The position numbers and the translations under genes are program-made. Below, in pieces: positions 8,132-16,428 of a DNA stretch of 64,000 nt (positions are counted from its first letter, which is position 1; each line of letters opens with the position of its first letter). The notes under the pieces were generated by a model, which did not search any database, was not told where the DNA came from, and was given only the letters and a program-made list of their open reading frames with translations. The DNA comes from an uncultured Prevotella sp. (GTDB taxonomy: Bacteria; Bacteroidota; Bacteroidia; Bacteroidales; Bacteroidaceae). Location of the stretch: NCBI GenBank assembly GCA_905236815.1, contig CAJOPE010000041.1, positions 15,593-79,592 on the forward strand, in the 5' to 3' direction.

Positions 8132-8322
8132 TTTCCCCTAAATAGAGCAAAAGTTATCTGCTAAATCAACTTTAGCATAAACCTCTTAAAAGAGAACGTT
8201 ACAAACGTAATTCTAACTATTCCCATATTAGCTCGAAAAGACAAGAACCCTGTCGGCATTATCAAGTTTAGATAAACGAAAAAGATAAGTTTCAATCATC
8301 AGAAATGGAAGTTTATATAATA

Positions 8323-8414
8323 TCAAACGACCGTTTCATATTATATTAAACGACCGTTTCACATAATGTCAAACGATCGTTTCATGTAATGTCAAACGGT
8401 CGTTTAACATTATT
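8323..8414. repeat. four tandem 23-bp units, each with a 12-16 bp palindromic core T(C/T)AAACGnnCGTTT(C/A)A
   Basis: Units start at 8323, 8346, 8369 and 8392. The cores are AAACGACCGTTT, AAACGACCGTTT, AAACGATCGTTT (a perfect palindrome) and AAACGGTCGTTT. Confidence 0.85.
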
Positions 8415-8525
8415 CATCAAAGCAATATTAAAAGTATAATAGCCTTTATAAAACTTGCCTTTATGCCTATATGTCTAAAAAATACCTTATATCTAAAAAT
8501 TGTCTTTAACTAAAATGTCTATCCA

Positions 8526-9446
8526 TCAAAAACAAACATAAGGAGAAAGTTTTTCTATTTCGGCCGGTGGGAAATCCTTAAGAAGGCGAAGATCATTCAA
8601 ACTCTTTAGAGGACCTTTCAATCTTCGGTAATCACAAATTTCCCTGGCTTGATAAAAGTTGATATAAGGATGCTTTCGAAGCTGATTCAAATTCAGCTGA
8701 TTCACATTTAACCTATGAATCTCCGATGAGTTTACCTTAACATAGTCAAGAGCCGAAGAAGGAACACCATCTATTTCCAGGAGCTGATTGGCATTCGCAA
8801 AACCACCCAAACGCTCACGATAGCGAACAATCGCTTTAGCATAGCCGATTCCGATGCCAGGAATCTTCTTTAGTTGGGTAGTATCTGCCGAATTAACCGA
8901 GATACGCTCCCCCATCTTCAACTTCTGAGAATAGTTATAAACTGCATGGTTCGAGCGAGAACTATCCAATGAATTCGAGTAAGAAGAACGGGAACTGCCA
9001 TAAAAATCCGAAGCGGGACGATAATCATCCGAAAAACGAATATAGGGTGCAAGCATCTCATATTGTTTTTTGGAAAGACCGAATAAACGGGCAAAATCTT
9101 CGGGCTGACGATAAACACCTCCCTTAGCCCTATAGCGATAAATGCTTCTTACCTGGAAAGGAGCCAATCCCAATCGAAGTAGTTGGGTACTGTCTGCAGT
9201 ATTCGGATCAAAAGGAAAGAGTTCAACCTTCTTAGCATCTACTTGATAATACTGTTCATTGGCATTACGAGAAGAAGAGGAACCTGGAAGCTGAGACGAT
9301 GATGAATCTACCGATGAAATCGATGTTTTATCAAATTGATTTCCCGTAACAAAGACCAGAACTAAGGCTATCACCGCCAAACATAAAAGAACTAGGACAG
9401 CCTTTCTATCGCTCTTTTGCAAATAAAAGAATTTCCTAAAAAACAT
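8526..9446 (-). CDS. ComEA-like helix-hairpin-helix DNA-binding protein with N-terminal membrane anchor
   Basis: 306 aa; hydrophobic N-terminus and repeated HhH motifs (e.g. LKKIPGIGIGYAKAIV, LLEIDGVP). Confidence 0.7.
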   Translation of the reverse strand: MFFRKFFYLQKSDRKAVLVLLCLAVIALVLVFVTGNQFDKTSISSVDSSSSQLPGSSSSRNANEQYYQVDAKKVELFPFDPNTADSTQLLRLGLAPFQVRSIYRYRAKGGVYRQPEDFARLFGLSKKQYEMLAPYIRFSDDYRPASDFYGSSRSSYSNSLDSSRSNHAVYNYSQKLKMGERISVNSADTTQLKKIPGIGIGYAKAIVRYRERLGGFANANQLLEIDGVPSSALDYVKVNSSEIHRLNVNQLNLNQLRKHPYINFYQAREICDYRRLKGPLKSLNDLRLLKDFPPAEIEKLSPYVCF

Positions 9447-9473
9447 TTCGCATTAACTTATTTACTATTCTTG

Positions 9474-9481
9474 CAAAAGTA
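9474..9481 (-). promoter_or_regulatory. -7 promoter box for the ComEA-like gene
   Basis: TACTTTTG; 27 nt upstream of ATG 9446. Confidence 0.55.
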
Positions 9482-9499
9482 ATAAATTAATGCGACAAC

Positions 9500-10870
9500 T
9501 CAAAATTTCAACACGCCTATCTGACGCAAAAAAACGATCGCAATACAAACAGGACAAATGAATCGGATTGCAAAGAGCCATACTTCATAGAAGGTACCCT
9601 TGATGGTGCCCCAATTTGTGAACTCATCGCGAGAAACATCCTTCGGAATAAACCATCCCAACATAATGCAGGTAAAGAAAGAACCCAAAGGAAGCAGGAT
9701 GTTCGAAGTGAGATAATCACAACAATCCAGGAAGTTTTTATCTCCGATGAAATGGGACAATCCATCGGATGCACCCTGACTCAGAGAACAAAATATTCCG
9801 ATTACAATACAAACTGTTGTTTCTATCCAGGCACCCTTCGAGCGGGAGATATGAAACTCTTCATAGAAGAAGGCCGTACCAATCTCGTGCATGGATATCG
9901 TAGAGGTAAGTGCTGCCAATGAGAGGAGGGCATAGAATAGAATACCTATAACATAACCCAAAGCAGGCACACCTCCAAAGGCTTGCTGGAATACATTTGG
10001 CAAGGTAATGAAGATCAAAGCTGGGCCACTATCAGGACTTACCCCAACAGAGAACGCTGCAGGAAAGATCATCAAGCCTGCAAGAATCGCTATCAAAGTA
10101 TCGATGAAAGCGATTTGAATTGCAGATTTAGCCAAGTTCGTCTGTCTGCTGAAGTAGCTTGCATAAGTACAGAGGCAAGCAGTTCCCAAACTCAGAGAGA
10201 AGAAGCCTTGTCCTAAAGCATCCAGCATAATGCTAGTATCTATCTTCGAGAAATCTGGATGGAACAGGAAAGTTATACCCTTTGATGCACCCTCCAAACT
10301 ACAGGAAGCAATCACTATTACTATCAATAGTACAAACAATGTAGGCATCAAGATATTCGAGGCCTTCTCAATGCCATTTCTCACGCCCTTAGTAACCACA
10401 AAATGCGTAAGCAGTATGAAGATAGCAGTACAAATCAACGGTTTTATCGGGTCTGAGGAGAAACTTTTGAAGTAGCTGAGTACATAATCAGCATTGCCAT
10501 CCAACTGACCTACAATAGAAGCATAGAGATAATTCAGGCACCAGCCAGCTATTACTGCATAGAAACCAAGGATAACCATTGAGGCAAAAATGCCCATATA
10601 TCCGAGAATTTTCCATGAGCCCCTGCCAGAAATATTCTGATAGGCACGAACTGCGTTTGCTGAGGAATGACGACCAATGATAAATTCAGCTATCATTCCT
10701 GGAATACCTAAAAGCAGTACACACACGAAATAAAGAAGGATAAAGGCAGCACCTCCATCCTGTCCCGTCATCGTAGGAAAACGCCAAATATTGCCCAATC
10801 CAACGGCAGAACCTGCCGTTGCAAGGATTACTCCTATCTTAGTACCAAAATTTCCTCTTGATTCATTCAT
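9500..10870 (-). CDS. sodium-dependent transporter, neurotransmitter:sodium symporter (NSS/SNF) family, copy 2
   Basis: GLGNIWRFP signature and multi-TM profile. The start lies 1 nt after the stop of the upstream paralogue. Confidence 0.9.
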   Translation of the reverse strand: MNESRGNFGTKIGVILATAGSAVGLGNIWRFPTMTGQDGGAAFILLYFVCVLLLGIPGMIAEFIIGRHSSANAVRAYQNISGRGSWKILGYMGIFASMVILGFYAVIAGWCLNYLYASIVGQLDGNADYVLSYFKSFSSDPIKPLICTAIFILLTHFVVTKGVRNGIEKASNILMPTLFVLLIVIVIASCSLEGASKGITFLFHPDFSKIDTSIMLDALGQGFFSLSLGTACLCTYASYFSRQTNLAKSAIQIAFIDTLIAILAGLMIFPAAFSVGVSPDSGPALIFITLPNVFQQAFGGVPALGYVIGILFYALLSLAALTSTISMHEIGTAFFYEEFHISRSKGAWIETTVCIVIGIFCSLSQGASDGLSHFIGDKNFLDCCDYLTSNILLPLGSFFTCIMLGWFIPKDVSRDEFTNWGTIKGTFYEVWLFAIRFICPVCIAIVFLRQIGVLKF

Positions 10871-10871
10871 C

Positions 10872-12251
10872 TTATAAAATTCCTAACTTCTTGAAAACGC
10901 CCAACTGATTCAGGAAAATAATCAAAATTAGCAATGGGCAGATAAATCGAATGGCAAACAAGTAGATATTGAAGAACTTGCCACTCAAGGTTCCCCAATT
11001 CGTCACTTCATCTTTCACTATATTCTTTGGAACATACCACCCCAAGAACAAGCACATAAGCATACCGGCCAATGGAAGCATAATCTGACCTGTAACGAAA
11101 TCAAACAAATCAAACAAATCCATTCCAAAGACAGAAAGATGATCAGGCCGACCAATAGAATAAGAACAAAGTGTCCCAATCACACAACAGGAAATCGTGA
11201 CAATCCATGCTCCCTTAGTACGACTGATGTGAAATTCCTCATATATAAATGCTGTATTCACCTCATGAAGAGAAATCAGGGAGGTAAGAGCAGCCAGCGA
11301 TAAAAGCATATAAAATGCCAAAGAAACTATCCATCCTACCATCGGCATACTTGCAAATGCCTGGTTAAACACATTCGGTAAGGTGATGAAAATCAAAGAA
11401 GGACCACTATCAGGATTAATGCCTACCGAAAAGGCAGCAGGGAATATCATCATTCCGGCCAAAACAGCTACCAACGTATCAATAACACCTATCTGTAAGG
11501 CACTTGAGGTAATATTTGTCTGTCGGCTGAAATAGCTGGCATAAGTACAAAGACAGCCCATGGCTATACTCAAGGAATAAAAGGATTGTCCCAAGGCACC
11601 CAAAAGGACATCACCACTCATCTTCGAGAAATCAGGCTTGAACAAGAATTCCAATCCCTTACCTGCATTTGGAAGCATACAAGAACATCCCACAACAATA
11701 AGCAGCAATATAAACAAGGTTGGCATTAATGCCTTTGAGGCTTTCTCAATGCCATTTCTCACACCATGGACAATCACAAAGTGGGTAACCAAAAAGATGA
11801 GAGCTGTCCAGAATATTGGTTTCACAGGATTATGAGAGAACTCCTTGAAGTAATTCAAAACATAAGTAGGATCGCCCTTGAGTTCACCAGCTATTGATGC
11901 ATAGACATAATTAAGACACCAGCCAGAAACGACTGCATAATATCCTGTAATGAGATAGCCTGTAAGGACCTCAAGATAGCCAACCAATTTCCAGGCTGTA
12001 CCATTCGATAGTTTGCTATATGCCCTAGCTGTATTGGATGCACCGTGCCTACCGATAATGAATTCGCTCATCATGCAAGGAATGCCCAGCATAATAACAC
12101 ATGCCATATAAAGAAGGATGAAAACAGCTCCACCATTTTCACCTGCCATATAAGGGAAACGCCAAATGTTACCCAATCCTACCGCAGAACCTGCAGTAGC
12201 CAGGATTACACCCAACTTACTTCCAAAACTACCTCTATCCGTTTGTGACAT
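10872..12251 (-). CDS. sodium-dependent transporter, NSS/SNF family, copy 1
   Basis: GLGNIWRFPY signature; collinear similarity to 9500-10870 over the full length. Confidence 0.9.
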   Translation of the reverse strand: MSQTDRGSFGSKLGVILATAGSAVGLGNIWRFPYMAGENGGAVFILLYMACVIMLGIPCMMSEFIIGRHGASNTARAYSKLSNGTAWKLVGYLEVLTGYLITGYYAVVSGWCLNYVYASIAGELKGDPTYVLNYFKEFSHNPVKPIFWTALIFLVTHFVIVHGVRNGIEKASKALMPTLFILLLIVVGCSCMLPNAGKGLEFLFKPDFSKMSGDVLLGALGQSFYSLSIAMGCLCTYASYFSRQTNITSSALQIGVIDTLVAVLAGMMIFPAAFSVGINPDSGPSLIFITLPNVFNQAFASMPMVGWIVSLAFYMLLSLAALTSLISLHEVNTAFIYEEFHISRTKGAWIVTISCCVIGTLCSYSIGRPDHLSVFGMDLFDLFDFVTGQIMLPLAGMLMCLFLGWYVPKNIVKDEVTNWGTLSGKFFNIYLFAIRFICPLLILIIFLNQLGVFKKLGIL

Positions 12252-12288
12252 AATCTCTCAAATAAATCTTTTTCTTATATTTCAGATG

Positions 12289-12296
12289 CAAAATTA
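12289..12296 (-). promoter_or_regulatory. -7 promoter box for the NSS transporter pair
   Basis: TAATTTTG; 37 nt upstream of ATG 12251. Confidence 0.55.
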
Positions 12297-12308
12297 CAAA
12301 ATATTTTG

Positions 12309-12316
12309 TACTTTTG
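12309..12316 (+). promoter_or_regulatory. -7 promoter box for the VanZ-like gene
   Basis: TACTTTTG; 8 nt upstream of TTG 12325. Divergent from the NSS promoter. Confidence 0.5.
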
Positions 12317-12324
12317 CATAAAAA

Positions 12325-12756
12325 TTGAAAGCAAAAGTGAGTAAAACGTATCATTTATTAAGAAACTATATCTTTTCAGCATTAGTTATCATAACAATCT
12401 GGATTCTCTGCTTTATAGATATTCCCGAAACTCCATTAAGTAAGTTCAGTTTAATCGACAAGTGGACGCACTTTGCCATGTATGGAGGCTTATGTTCCGT
12501 AATTTGGATGGAATATCTATATAGCCATCGCAAGGACACCTCCATTTCTTCTCTGAAGAAAGACATGTTTTTATGGGGTTTCCTAATGCCTTTTCTTATG
12601 GGCGGCCTAATTGAAATTCTTCAGGCCAATTGTACTAACGGAAGACGAAGTGGCGACTGGCTGGATTTCTTAGCAGATGGCATAGGCGTACTTATCGGCC
12701 AGATTATCGGTATTCTTCTGGCAAGGTTTCTCTCCAGAGGCAAAAAGGATAACTAA
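12325..12756 (+). CDS. VanZ-like small membrane protein
   Basis: 143 aa with four hydrophobic helices in a VanZ-like layout. Start uncertain (track TTG 12325, alternative GTG 12337). The 3' end overlaps the convergent CYTH gene. Confidence 0.6.
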   Translation: MKAKVSKTYHLLRNYIFSALVIITIWILCFIDIPETPLSKFSLIDKWTHFAMYGGLCSVIWMEYLYSHRKDTSISSLKKDMFLWGFLMPFLMGGLIEILQANCTNGRRSGDWLDFLADGIGVLIGQIIGILLARFLSRGKKDN

Positions 12757-13201
12757 GAAGATGAGAATTATAGAATCGCTTATCACCTGTGACTTCATCA
12801 CCGATGAAATCGGGCTTTTCAAATGATTCATTCTCATTTCCAAGTTCTACTTCCGCCATAACAAGTCCCTCGTTCTTTCCATAGAATTCATCGACTTCAA
12901 AGGTATGATTGCCGCTTTTCACCAGATAGCGACGCTTATCAATCACCCCTCCCTTACAGAGTTCAAGTAGATGTTCGGCCTCATCCAAAGAGATTTCCTT
13001 TTCAAATTCATATCTTGCAATGCCATTCCAGGAATGGCTCTTTATCGTAAGATAAGCCTTTTCATCGCGAACTCGAATTCGAACAGTGGCACCATCAGCA
13101 GGAATATATCCTTGCTTTATATGACTACTTGAAAAGGCGACACGTTTGAACGCATCGCCTTTTCTTACTAAAAACTTTCTTTCTATTTCTAATCCACTCA
13201 T
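12704..13201 (-). CDS. CYTH-domain (triphosphate tunnel) protein
   Basis: N-terminal EIERKFLV (ExExK) motif. Track start GTG 13270 replaced by ATG 13201 (MSGLEIERKFLV). Confidence 0.8.
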   Translation of the reverse strand: MSGLEIERKFLVRKGDAFKRVAFSSSHIKQGYIPADGATVRIRVRDEKAYLTIKSHSWNGIARYEFEKEISLDEAEHLLELCKGGVIDKRRYLVKSGNHTFEVDEFYGKNEGLVMAEVELGNENESFEKPDFIGDEVTGDKRFYNSHLLSYPFCLWRETLPEEYR

Positions 13202-13203
13202 TT

Positions 13204-13353
13204 TTACACCATTGCAGTTGACAAGATCGCGTAAATAATACCAAGAGCTACCAAAGTTCCGAATATCCACGCAATGACTTTATTGCCTTTTTTCTCCTGC
13301 TCCTTGTCATAAGCAGCATGTTTTGCTTTTCTAAATTCTTTGTTACTACTCAT
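13204..13353 (-). CDS. candidate 49-aa tail-anchored membrane protein (unannotated small ORF)
   Basis: Own translation: MSSNKEFRKAKHAAYDKEQEKKGNKVIAWIFGTLVALGIIYAILSTAMV. It has a charged N-terminal half and one C-terminal hydrophobic helix. Its stop lies 2 nt before the CYTH ATG and it sits 32 nt after the prfB stop. It is below the ORF-track length cutoff. Confidence 0.35.
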   Translation of the reverse strand: MSSNKEFRKAKHAAYDKEQEKKGNKVIAWIFGTLVALGIIYAILSTAMV

Positions 13354-13385
13354 AATATTATCTATTTAGGTTATTAATAAAATAT

Positions 13386-14516
13386 TTATTCTGCGTTTTC
13401 TGCATCCTGAGCGGCAAATTCCATCAGATAAGACTTGATGAAATCGTCGATTTTACCGTCCATAACACCATCTACATCTGATGTCTGATAACCTGTACGA
13501 TGATCTTTTACACGGCGATCGTCAAACACGTAACTACGGATCTGACTACCCCATTCGATCTTTTTCTTTCCAGCCTCAATCTTAGCTTGCTCAGCCTGCT
13601 TCTTCTTCAAAGCACGGTCATACAACTGAGATTTCAAGAGCAACATTGCTTTCGCACGGTTCTTTGGCTGATCTCGAGTTTCGGTGTTTTCAATAAGGAT
13701 TTCCTCCTTTTCACCAGTATCAGGATCCTCGTACTGATAACGAAGACGAACACCAGATTCCACCTTATTCACATTCTGACCACCAGCTCCAGAACTTCGG
13801 AAAGTATCCCAACTCACCTTAGCAGGATCAACATATACTTCAATAGTATCGTCAACTAATGGAGTAACGAAGACAGAAGCGAAACTAGTCATACGCTTAC
13901 CTTGAGCATTATATGGAGAAACACGCACCAGACGATGAACGCCATTTTCTGACTTCAAGAATCCGAAAGCATATTCACCACCTTCAATGGTCATCTCGAC
14001 AGACTTGATACCAGCCTCATCGCCTTCCTGGAGGTTAGTAATCTTCACATTATATCCATGAGCCTCACACCAACGCATATACATACGCATCAACATAGAA
14101 GCCCAATCCTGACTTTCAGTACCTCCAGCACCAGAGTTGATTTTGAGAACAGCATCCATGCTATCCTCTTCCTGACGAAGCATATTCATAAGTTCCAATT
14201 CCTCAATCGCCTTGATTGCCTTGGAATAATCTTCGTCAACCTCCTCCTCGGTTACCATATCATCCTTATAGAAATCAAAAGCCAACTGAAGTTCATCTGC
14301 AAATTCTCTGATTTCCTTATAGCCATTCAGCCATTTCTCAATACCCTTTACCTTCTTCATCTGAGCCTCGGCCCTCTTCGGGTCATCCCAGAAGTCAGGA
14401 GCCTGTGTACGAAGTTGCTCCTCTTCAAATTCCACCTTTTTCTGGTCGATGTTAAGATAATGATGAAGCGCAGCTGTGCGATCCATCACATCTTTTAATT
14501 GATCGGATGTTATCAT
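13386..14516 (-). CDS. prfB: peptide chain release factor 2 (single uninterrupted frame)
   Basis: GGQ motif (SGAGGQNVNKVES) and RF2-type domain 2 (HRLVRVSPYNAQGKRMTSF). The N-terminus is continuous, with no frameshift site. Confidence 0.95.
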   Translation of the reverse strand: MITSDQLKDVMDRTAALHHYLNIDQKKVEFEEEQLRTQAPDFWDDPKRAEAQMKKVKGIEKWLNGYKEIREFADELQLAFDFYKDDMVTEEEVDEDYSKAIKAIEELELMNMLRQEEDSMDAVLKINSGAGGTESQDWASMLMRMYMRWCEAHGYNVKITNLQEGDEAGIKSVEMTIEGGEYAFGFLKSENGVHRLVRVSPYNAQGKRMTSFASVFVTPLVDDTIEVYVDPAKVSWDTFRSSGAGGQNVNKVESGVRLRYQYEDPDTGEKEEILIENTETRDQPKNRAKAMLLLKSQLYDRALKKKQAEQAKIEAGKKKIEWGSQIRSYVFDDRRVKDHRTGYQTSDVDGVMDGKIDDFIKSYLMEFAAQDAENAE

Positions 14517-14540
14517 TACTAATATCTATTATTATGAGGA

Positions 14541-16349
14541 TTATTCCTCATACATTGCTTCAATCTGTTCTTTATAATTTTTATTGATTACAGGACGGCG
14601 CATCTTGAGCGTATTGGTCAATTCTCCCGATTCCATCGAGAAATGATGAGAAAGAAGAGTTATGCGCTTAATTTGCTCATAGTGAGCCAATCCCTGCTGT
14701 AGTGTATTGATACGCTCTATCATCATCTCCTGAATCTTTGGATTTGCGCAAAGATCCTCGCGAGTATCGAAGGCTACATTATGCTCTCTTGCCCATTCCT
14801 CTACCATACGGAATTCAGGAACAACCAAAGCAGAAACGAACTTTCGCTGGTCTGCGATTACTGCTACCTGATCAATATACTTATCAACAAGCAACAAAGA
14901 TTCAATCTGCTGAGGAGCAATATACTTGCCATTCGAGGTCTTGAATAAATCCTTAATACGTTCCTTCAAGAATAACTCGCCATCCTTCAGATAACCGGCA
15001 TCACCAGTATGGAAGAATCCTTCCTCATCAAAAGCTGTAGCATTAATGGAATCACGATGGAAATAACCTCGTGTAATAGTAGGACCTTTCAGCAAGACTT
15101 CATCGTTCTCACCTATCTTTATCTGAATACCATTGATTGGCCTTCCTACTGAACCTACAGTAAATGGCTTATCTTCATGATCACAGGAAACAGTAGCCAA
15201 ACTTTCGGTCAATCCATAACCCACAAGCATATTAATACCGATGGAATGGATAAAATCTTCAACTTCAGGTGAAACATAAGCACCTGCAGTTGGGAAGATA
15301 TGAGGATGATCCAAGCCTAGTTGTTGACGAACCAAACTCAAGATGGTCTTATTCACCAAACGATATTTCAACTCCAAAGCCAAAGGTACACGCTTTCCGA
15401 GACTCTTGTATTCTATATTACGTTTATGGCCAATAGCCAATGCGTTCCTGAACAACTTCTGCTGGAAAGCACTAGAATCCTCTATCTTTGCCTTAACAGC
15501 AATATAAACTTTTTCCCAGAAGCGAGGAACACTACTCATACAAGTAGGATGTGTTTCACGCATACTTTCCTGAATATCCCGAGGATTTGTATTTATGATA
15601 AGTTCTGCACCTACTGTCAAGCTGAGATAAGCCCATCCTCTTTCAAAAATATGAGTGAAAGGAAGGAAATCGATAACACGATCATTCTCATTTACAGGTA
15701 CGCACTCAGCATTAGCTTTCATAGCAGCAGCATACTGACCGTAAGTTAATTGGACACCCTTACTGTCACCTGTTGTTCCACTTGTATAGAGGATATTGCA
15801 TAAATCCTCATCATTAGCTTCTTGATAAAGTTTTTCAACTTCAGACTGTCGTGGGAAATTCTCGCCTAACTTCAAGAAGTCACTAAAATATAATGCATTA
15901 GGATCGTGGGTACTAATTCTCACACTTTGATCGAAAACAATGATACGCTCCAAAGAAGGACAAAGTGCAAAAATGCGATGAGCCTTATCGTATTGCTCTT
16001 GTTCACCAACGAACAAGAACCTAACTTGAGCATCGTTGACCATATACTGAATTTGCTGCTCACTACTTGTAGCATAAAATGGAATAGAAACCACCCTTAC
16101 ACCATAAGCACCAAAATCGGTATAAAGATACTGAACACAATTCTGAGAAAAGACTGCAATGTTCTCCTGAGGTTTAGCACCTATATTAAGCAAGGCATTG
16201 CTAACCTGTTTTACCCTTAATGAAAACTGATTCCAAGAAACGGTCTTCCACTTTTCACCTCCAAAGGTCTTGAATGTAAGTGCGGCCTTATCGCCGTACT
16301 TCTTGGCCTGCTGGTGAATCAGTACTGAAAGATGGCATTTCGTCTGCAT
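14541..16349 (-). CDS. long-chain-fatty-acid--CoA ligase (AMP-binding family)
   Basis: Motifs YTSGTTGDSKGV, GYGLTE, HTGDAG. Track TTG 16355 replaced by ATG 16349. Confidence 0.88.
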   Translation of the reverse strand: MQTKCHLSVLIHQQAKKYGDKAALTFKTFGGEKWKTVSWNQFSLRVKQVSNALLNIGAKPQENIAVFSQNCVQYLYTDFGAYGVRVVSIPFYATSSEQQIQYMVNDAQVRFLFVGEQEQYDKAHRIFALCPSLERIIVFDQSVRISTHDPNALYFSDFLKLGENFPRQSEVEKLYQEANDEDLCNILYTSGTTGDSKGVQLTYGQYAAAMKANAECVPVNENDRVIDFLPFTHIFERGWAYLSLTVGAELIINTNPRDIQESMRETHPTCMSSVPRFWEKVYIAVKAKIEDSSAFQQKLFRNALAIGHKRNIEYKSLGKRVPLALELKYRLVNKTILSLVRQQLGLDHPHIFPTAGAYVSPEVEDFIHSIGINMLVGYGLTESLATVSCDHEDKPFTVGSVGRPINGIQIKIGENDEVLLKGPTITRGYFHRDSINATAFDEEGFFHTGDAGYLKDGELFLKERIKDLFKTSNGKYIAPQQIESLLLVDKYIDQVAVIADQRKFVSALVVPEFRMVEEWAREHNVAFDTREDLCANPKIQEMMIERINTLQQGLAHYEQIKRITLLSHHFSMESGELTNTLKMRRPVINKNYKEQIEAMYEE

Positions 16350-16372
16350 AAGCAATTGATTAATTATTTATG

Positions 16373-16380
16373 CAAAGATA
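16373..16380 (-). promoter_or_regulatory. -7 promoter box for acyl-CoA ligase (and probably prfB, the small ORF and CYTH downstream)
   Basis: TATCTTTG; 23 nt upstream of ATG 16349. Confidence 0.6.
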
Positions 16381-16412
16381 GTAGAAATAAAGAAGAAAAC
16401 AAAATTTTTTCT

Positions 16413-16420
16413 TATCTTTG
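16413..16420 (+). promoter_or_regulatory. -7 promoter box for the M20 hydrolase
   Basis: TATCTTTG; 8 nt upstream of ATG 16429. Confidence 0.55.
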
Positions 16421-16428
16421 TGCTCGAT

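Noticed and set aside
7932-8141. 69-aa ORF overlapping tRNA-Pro.
   Set aside because: It contains the whole tRNA-Pro gene and its promoter and terminator in frame, so it is a chance ORF.
7422-8414. Whether the 22-bp and 23-bp arrays could be CRISPR arrays.
   Set aside because: The units are contiguous, with no unique spacers. The 21-23 bp period is too short, the units are degenerate, and there are no cas genes in the window.
8323-8520. Iteron-like repeats plus an A/T-rich tract as a replication origin.
   Set aside because: I saw no DnaA boxes (TTATCCACA/TGTGGATAA) in or near the region. There is no dnaA, rep or par gene adjacent.
6829-8525. A tRNA-targeted integrated mobile element or its att scars.
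   Set aside because: There is no integrase or excisionase. I found no duplicated 3' segment of tRNA-Phe or tRNA-Pro in the flanks.
14451-14459. Looked for the programmed +1 frameshift site of prfB (CTT TGA C after about 25 codons).
   Set aside because: The sequence reads CAT TAT CTT AAC ATC (HYLNI) in one continuous frame, so there is no in-frame TGA and no frameshift in this gene.
14533-14552. Hairpin TATGAGGA-TTAT-TCCTCATA at the acyl-CoA ligase stop, which superficially resembles the TATGAAGG/CCTTCATA stems of the repeat family.
   Set aside because: The stem sequence is different, half of it is coding (..MYEE stop), there are no flanking A/T arms, and no U-tract follows. It is probably coincidental.
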